The notes under the pieces are model-generated. The model did not search any database. It worked only from the letters and a program-made list of their open reading frames with translations, and had not been told where the DNA came from. Both the position numbers and the translations under genes were made by a program. Below are positions 60,066-64,000 of a stretch of 64,000 nt of DNA, piece after piece. Every line of letters begins with the position of its first letter. Within the stretch, counting starts at the first letter, position 1. The DNA lies in the NCBI GenBank assembly GCA_045616625.1, contig JAZLHA010000012.1:8873-72872 (forward strand). Reading direction: 5' to 3'. This stretch comes from Candidatus Enterousia sp. (GTDB lineage: Bacteria; Pseudomonadota; Alphaproteobacteria; Rs-D84).

Positions 60066-60359
60066 ATGGCATTTAGCAAGCAACAATTACATAAATTCGC
60101 AGATCTTGTTCGTATTGAAATAACGGACGAAAAACTAGAACAAATGAACATTGATTCTGTGGTTGATTGGTTACAAAAATTACAACAAATTGACACAACT
60201 GGGGTCAGCCCAATGTTAAGCCCGGCTGAGCATACTTTACCTATGCGTGCCGATGTTGTGACCGAACCTAATACGCGTTCAGAAATTATGTCAAATGATC
60301 CGGATACCGCTGGTGTATCGCGTGGATACTTTGCTGTTCCAAAAGTTATGGATGAATAA
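60066..60359 (+). CDS. gatC: Glu/Asp-tRNA amidotransferase subunit C
   Basis: MAFSKQQLHKFADLVRIEITDEKLE... Start at ATG 60066 (the ORF track starts at a TTG two codons upstream). Confidence 0.88.
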   Translation: MAFSKQQLHKFADLVRIEITDEKLEQMNIDSVVDWLQKLQQIDTTGVSPMLSPAEHTLPMRADVVTEPNTRSEIMSNDPDTAGVSRGYFAVPKVMDE

Positions 60360-60370
60360 AGGATTGTATT

Positions 60371-61840
60371 ATGATAGATTTAACAATAACAGAAGCACTA
60401 CAAAAATTACAATCTCGTGAAATATCCGTGACAGAATTGACACGTGCATATCTAGAACGCATTGAAAAATACGGTTCTGATTTGAATTGTTATATTACAA
60501 CAACACCTGAACGCGCTTTGGCGGACGCTACTGAATCAGACAAACGTTATGCTGATGGTACTGCTAAATTATTGGACGGTATGCCAATTGCAATGAAAGA
60601 TTTATTTGCAACACGTGGCATTCGCACAACGGCCGCATCACGCATGCTTGAAAATTTTGTTCCAGAATATGAATCAACCGTATCACAAAAATTGATTGAT
60701 GCTGGAACAGTTCTGTTGGGCAAGGCAAATTTAGACGAATTTGCGATGGGCACATTTTCTAAAACATCCTATTTTGGTGCACCTGTGAATCCATGGCAAA
60801 TTGAAAAACATCTTACTGCTGGTGGTTCATCGGGTGGTTCAACATCTGCGGTCGCTGGTGGTGTTGCTATTGCAGCAACCGGAACTGATACTGGGGGGTC
60901 GATTCGTTTTCCATCTTCTATTACTGGACTCGTTGGTATAAAACCAACATATGGTTTATGTTCACGCTGGGGATGTGTTGCATTTGCTTCATCTCTGGAT
61001 ACACCGGGTCCTATTGCGCGTACCGCTGATGATACGGCTTTGATGTTGGCTGCTATGGCGGGTCATGACCCCAAGGATTCAACCAGCGCACCAAACGCAC
61101 ACTTTGAATCAGATGGAAATTTAAAACCTATACTTGGCGATGGGAAAAAGTTAAAGGTTGGCATTATCAAAGAATTTATGAATGTTGAAATTTCACCAGA
61201 CATGAAACAAATCTTTGAAAAACGTATTGCTGATTTGAAATCGGCTGGTGCTGAAATTGTGGAAGTATCTATTCCAAACATATTGGATGCTCTGGCGGCA
61301 TATTATATTATCGCCCCAGCAGAGGCATCATCAAACCTTGCACGTTATGACGGTATGAAATATGGTCTGCGTGTTGATGGTGATGATTTAATAGACACAT
61401 ACAAAAAGACACGCGCTGCTGGTTTTGGTGACGAAGTCAAACGCCGTATGATTATCGGTGCCGCAGTATTATCTAGCGAATCGTACGAGGTTTATTTTAT
61501 GCAGGCTGCACGCGTTCGCCATATGATTGCAGACAGTTTTAACGCCGCATTTGAACAATGCGATTTAATTGTATGTCCTGCAAGTGCTGGTACCGCACTA
61601 CCATTAAATGCAGAATTAACCCCACTTGAATGTTATGCACTTGATTTGTTTACGGTTGCTATGAACCTGGCTGGAATTCCAGCGGTAAGTGTCCCAGCAG
61701 GCATCGCATCAAACGGTCTGCCATTGGGATTACAGGTTGTTGGACGCAGATTTGACGATATGCGTGCATTACAACTCGCTAAACATATTCAAGAATTTTC
61801 AGGTGTTGACAACAGACCGACAAAAATTATGGGGAAATAA
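60371..61840 (+). CDS. gatA: Glu/Asp-tRNA amidotransferase subunit A
   Basis: Amidase signature ..GGSSGGSTSAVAGGVAIAATGTDTGGSIR.P.. Confidence 0.95.
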   Translation: MIDLTITEALQKLQSREISVTELTRAYLERIEKYGSDLNCYITTTPERALADATESDKRYADGTAKLLDGMPIAMKDLFATRGIRTTAASRMLENFVPEYESTVSQKLIDAGTVLLGKANLDEFAMGTFSKTSYFGAPVNPWQIEKHLTAGGSSGGSTSAVAGGVAIAATGTDTGGSIRFPSSITGLVGIKPTYGLCSRWGCVAFASSLDTPGPIARTADDTALMLAAMAGHDPKDSTSAPNAHFESDGNLKPILGDGKKLKVGIIKEFMNVEISPDMKQIFEKRIADLKSAGAEIVEVSIPNILDALAAYYIIAPAEASSNLARYDGMKYGLRVDGDDLIDTYKKTRAAGFGDEVKRRMIIGAAVLSSESYEVYFMQAARVRHMIADSFNAAFEQCDLIVCPASAGTALPLNAELTPLECYALDLFTVAMNLAGIPAVSVPAGIASNGLPLGLQVVGRRFDDMRALQLAKHIQEFSGVDNRPTKIMGK

Positions 61841-61871
61841 AATATAAAGGTACGTGAAAGATGGTAAAAAA

Positions 61872-61947
61872 TGGTGGCTAGGAGAGGAATCGAACCACTG
61901 ACACAGGGATTTTCAGTCCCTTGCTCTACCAACTGAGCTACCTAGCC
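61872..61947 (-). tRNA. tRNA-Phe (anticodon GAA), CCA encoded
   Basis: Manual cloverleaf: acceptor GGCTAGG/CCTAGCC, anticodon arm AGGGA-CTGAAAA-TCCCT, T-loop TTCGATT. There is one U-U mismatch in the T stem. Confidence 0.88.
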
Positions 61948-62015
61948 AACTGCGAAACGCATAATAAGGTATAAAAAACAAAAATGCAAGGAAAAATAAA
62001 ATAAAGGGCAAAGAA

Positions 62016-63539
62016 ATGTATACGATTAAGGGAAAAACATGTGATTGGGAATTGGTTATTGGTCTCGAAACACATATAGAGGTCTTATCAAAATCTAAAA
62101 TTTTTAGTGGTGCTTCTGCTGACTATAACCCAACTATTGCCCCAAATACCCAGGTTTCTATGGTTGATGCTGCAATGCCGGGAATGTTGCCTGTATTAAA
62201 CGAATATTGTGTTGAACAAGCAATTAAATTTGGTTTAGGTATAAACGCAAAAATTTCAAACTTATCCAGATTTGCCCGTAAACAATACTTTTACCCTGAC
62301 CTGCCCCAAGGGTACCAAATTTCACAACCTGCCGAAGAACCACCAGTGGTTGGCCGTGGCTGGGTTGAAATTATGGGTGACGATGGCAAACAAAAAAAGA
62401 TTTTCATTGAACGCGCACACTTGGAACAAGATGCTGGAAAATTAAAACACGATATGCATCCAACAAAATCATTTGCTGATTATAATCGCACTGGTGTCGC
62501 ATTATTAGAAATTGTTACGTTCTTGGATATAAAAAATCCTGAAAACAATTCTTATATCACATCCCCAGATGAAGCGGAAAGATACTTGCGTGAAATTCGT
62601 GAAATTGCCCGCGCACTTGGCGTATCCAAGGCTAATATGGAAGAAGGTTCTATGCGTGCTGATGTAAATGTATCTGTACGTCCTGTGGGTGAAAAAACTT
62701 TCCGCACCAGAACAGAAACAAAAAATATGGTTTCGTTTAAATTTATTAAATCAGCCATTGAGTACGAGGCACGTCGCCAAATTGAAATATACGAAAATGG
62801 TGGAACTGTATCCCAGGACACAATGCGTTATAGCCAATCTGACGGCACAACATCTGTTTTGCGTTCCAAAGAAAACGCATTGGATTATCGTTATTTCCCA
62901 GATCCTGATTTATTACCTTTACACATCAGTGACGAAACAATTGAAAATATTCGCAAAACAATGCCTGAATTACCTGCGACCACACGTGCACGTTACATTA
63001 ACGACCTTGGACTTGCTGAATATGATGCCGCACGTCTGACCGAATCGACAGATATTTCACATTGGTTTGATACTGCCGTTGGCGACAAAAAGCAACGCGC
63101 AAAATTAATCGCAAACTGGATGATTAGTGAATTATTTGCACATCCTGAAAATTGGGATGTTACAGACGAAAAACAAATCGCGGACGATGGTGAACCACGT
63201 ATAATTCGTCCATCTGATTTGTCAATGTTGGTTGATATGATTTCTGAAAACCAAATAAACGGTAAACAGGCCAAAGATATATTTATCAAAATGTTGGATG
63301 GCGAATCTGGCACTCCCCAGGAAATTGCAGACAAATTTGGTATGAAGCAAATTACTGATACTGGTGCAATAGAGGCCGCTGTTGATGCTGTTATTGCCGC
63401 CAATCAGACCCAGGTTGAACAATACAAATCTGGCAAGGTTGGTTTGCTCGGCTTCTTCGTTGGTAATGTAATGAAGGCAACTGGTGGAAAGGCAAACCCC
63501 GCCGTTGTAAATGAAATTATCAAACAAAAATTGGCATAA
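62016..63539 (+). CDS. gatB: Glu/Asp-tRNA amidotransferase subunit B
   Basis: 507-aa ORF ..WELVIGLETHIEV...RKQYFYPDLPQGYQISQ.. Confidence 0.95.
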   Translation: MYTIKGKTCDWELVIGLETHIEVLSKSKIFSGASADYNPTIAPNTQVSMVDAAMPGMLPVLNEYCVEQAIKFGLGINAKISNLSRFARKQYFYPDLPQGYQISQPAEEPPVVGRGWVEIMGDDGKQKKIFIERAHLEQDAGKLKHDMHPTKSFADYNRTGVALLEIVTFLDIKNPENNSYITSPDEAERYLREIREIARALGVSKANMEEGSMRADVNVSVRPVGEKTFRTRTETKNMVSFKFIKSAIEYEARRQIEIYENGGTVSQDTMRYSQSDGTTSVLRSKENALDYRYFPDPDLLPLHISDETIENIRKTMPELPATTRARYINDLGLAEYDAARLTESTDISHWFDTAVGDKKQRAKLIANWMISELFAHPENWDVTDEKQIADDGEPRIIRPSDLSMLVDMISENQINGKQAKDIFIKMLDGESGTPQEIADKFGMKQITDTGAIEAAVDAVIAANQTQVEQYKSGKVGLLGFFVGNVMKATGGKANPAVVNEIIKQKLA

Positions 63540-63544
63540 AAAAT

Positions 63545-63874
63545 ATGCACAACATTACGAAAATTTTTATTGAAAACCCAAACAAACTTCAAACATTAAA
63601 AAAAATGTTAGCTGATTTGGGTTATAATGTAGATAATGAAACCGTCGAATCTATGCTTAAAATTTTATACGACGATTACAACATCGAAGTTGTTCCAATT
63701 TTAACCGTTCCAGAACTTGCCTGTAAAGCGCTTGAAAGTACAGCAAACAAAATTGTTATCCTAGAAAGATATCTACTACCAAAAAAACAACAAAATTTTT
63801 CGCGGGAACAATTAGAACATTTTAATCGCTTACAAAACACTCGTTTTAAAACAATTAATCAAAGGCAAAGATAA
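63545..63874 (+). CDS. Hypothetical protein (109 aa)
   Basis: ORF 5 nt after gatB and 2 nt before miaB. No motif recognised. Confidence 0.5.
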   Translation: MHNITKIFIENPNKLQTLKKMLADLGYNVDNETVESMLKILYDDYNIEVVPILTVPELACKALESTANKIVILERYLLPKKQQNFSREQLEHFNRLQNTRFKTINQRQR

Positions 63875-63876
63875 AC

Positions 63877-64000
63877 ATGACAAAACCACAGACATTTTTT
63901 ATTCAAACATTTGGTTGTCAAATGAATGTTTATGACGGTTGGCGCATTGCCGCCATGCTGGAACATTATGGGCTAAAACAAACAGATAAAATTCCAGATG
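63877..64000 (+). CDS. miaB: tRNA methylthiotransferase MiaB-like (5' fragment, runs off the window)
   Basis: Manual translation MTKPQTFFIQTFGCQMNVYDGWRIAAMLEHYG.., the MTTase N-terminal domain motif FGCQMN. Confidence 0.75.
   Translation, partial: MTKPQTFFIQTFGCQMNVYDGWRIAAMLEHYGLKQTDKIPD

Overview
AT-rich (by eye roughly 35-40% GC) chromosome segment of a Gram-negative bacterium. The housekeeping proteins look alphaproteobacterium-like (ParE type, Omp25-like barrel, GANTC-containing promoters), but I cannot assign a lineage from sequence alone. Positions 1-13405 hold the str/S10/spc ribosomal-protein operons on the minus strand (rpsL-rpsG-fusA-tuf-rpsJ ... rplR-rpsE). The rest is core genes: mltG, fabF-acpP, lepA, rbfA, ftsEX, plsC, tolB, fba, efp, dnaN, cdaA, asmA-like, rluC-like, uvrC, pgsA, dnaJ, parE, dnaA, dprA, plsY, rpsT, sufBC, ruvX, gatCAB and miaB. 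Small AT-rich accessory insertions sit between them. There are two tRNAs, Pro-CGG and Phe-GAA. I found no rRNA, no CRISPR, no transposase/IS and no recognisable prophage. The candidates most worth follow-up are: (1) a TbpB/fHbp-style surface lipoprotein plus a Slam/DUF560-like barrel, in a ~2.8 kb islet bounded by tRNA-Pro and a degenerate copy of its 3' end, with the translocator gene frameshifted at homopolymer runs; (2) four exported proteins at 24.6-27.9 kb, an OM barrel plus three Sec-signal proteins built from phage-tail-fibre-like motifs that share a C-terminal module, with no phage context; (3) an orphan two-gene TcpQ/PilL-like plus lipoprotein-secretin operon; (4) a membrane-anchored protein with ~33 Cys and W-x3-5-C-x-C repeats next to a divergent dnaA; (5) a palindromic CGAWTCG (GANTC) motif abutting the -35 box of three promoters. 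All functional calls come from manual reading of the ORF translations. No database search was run.
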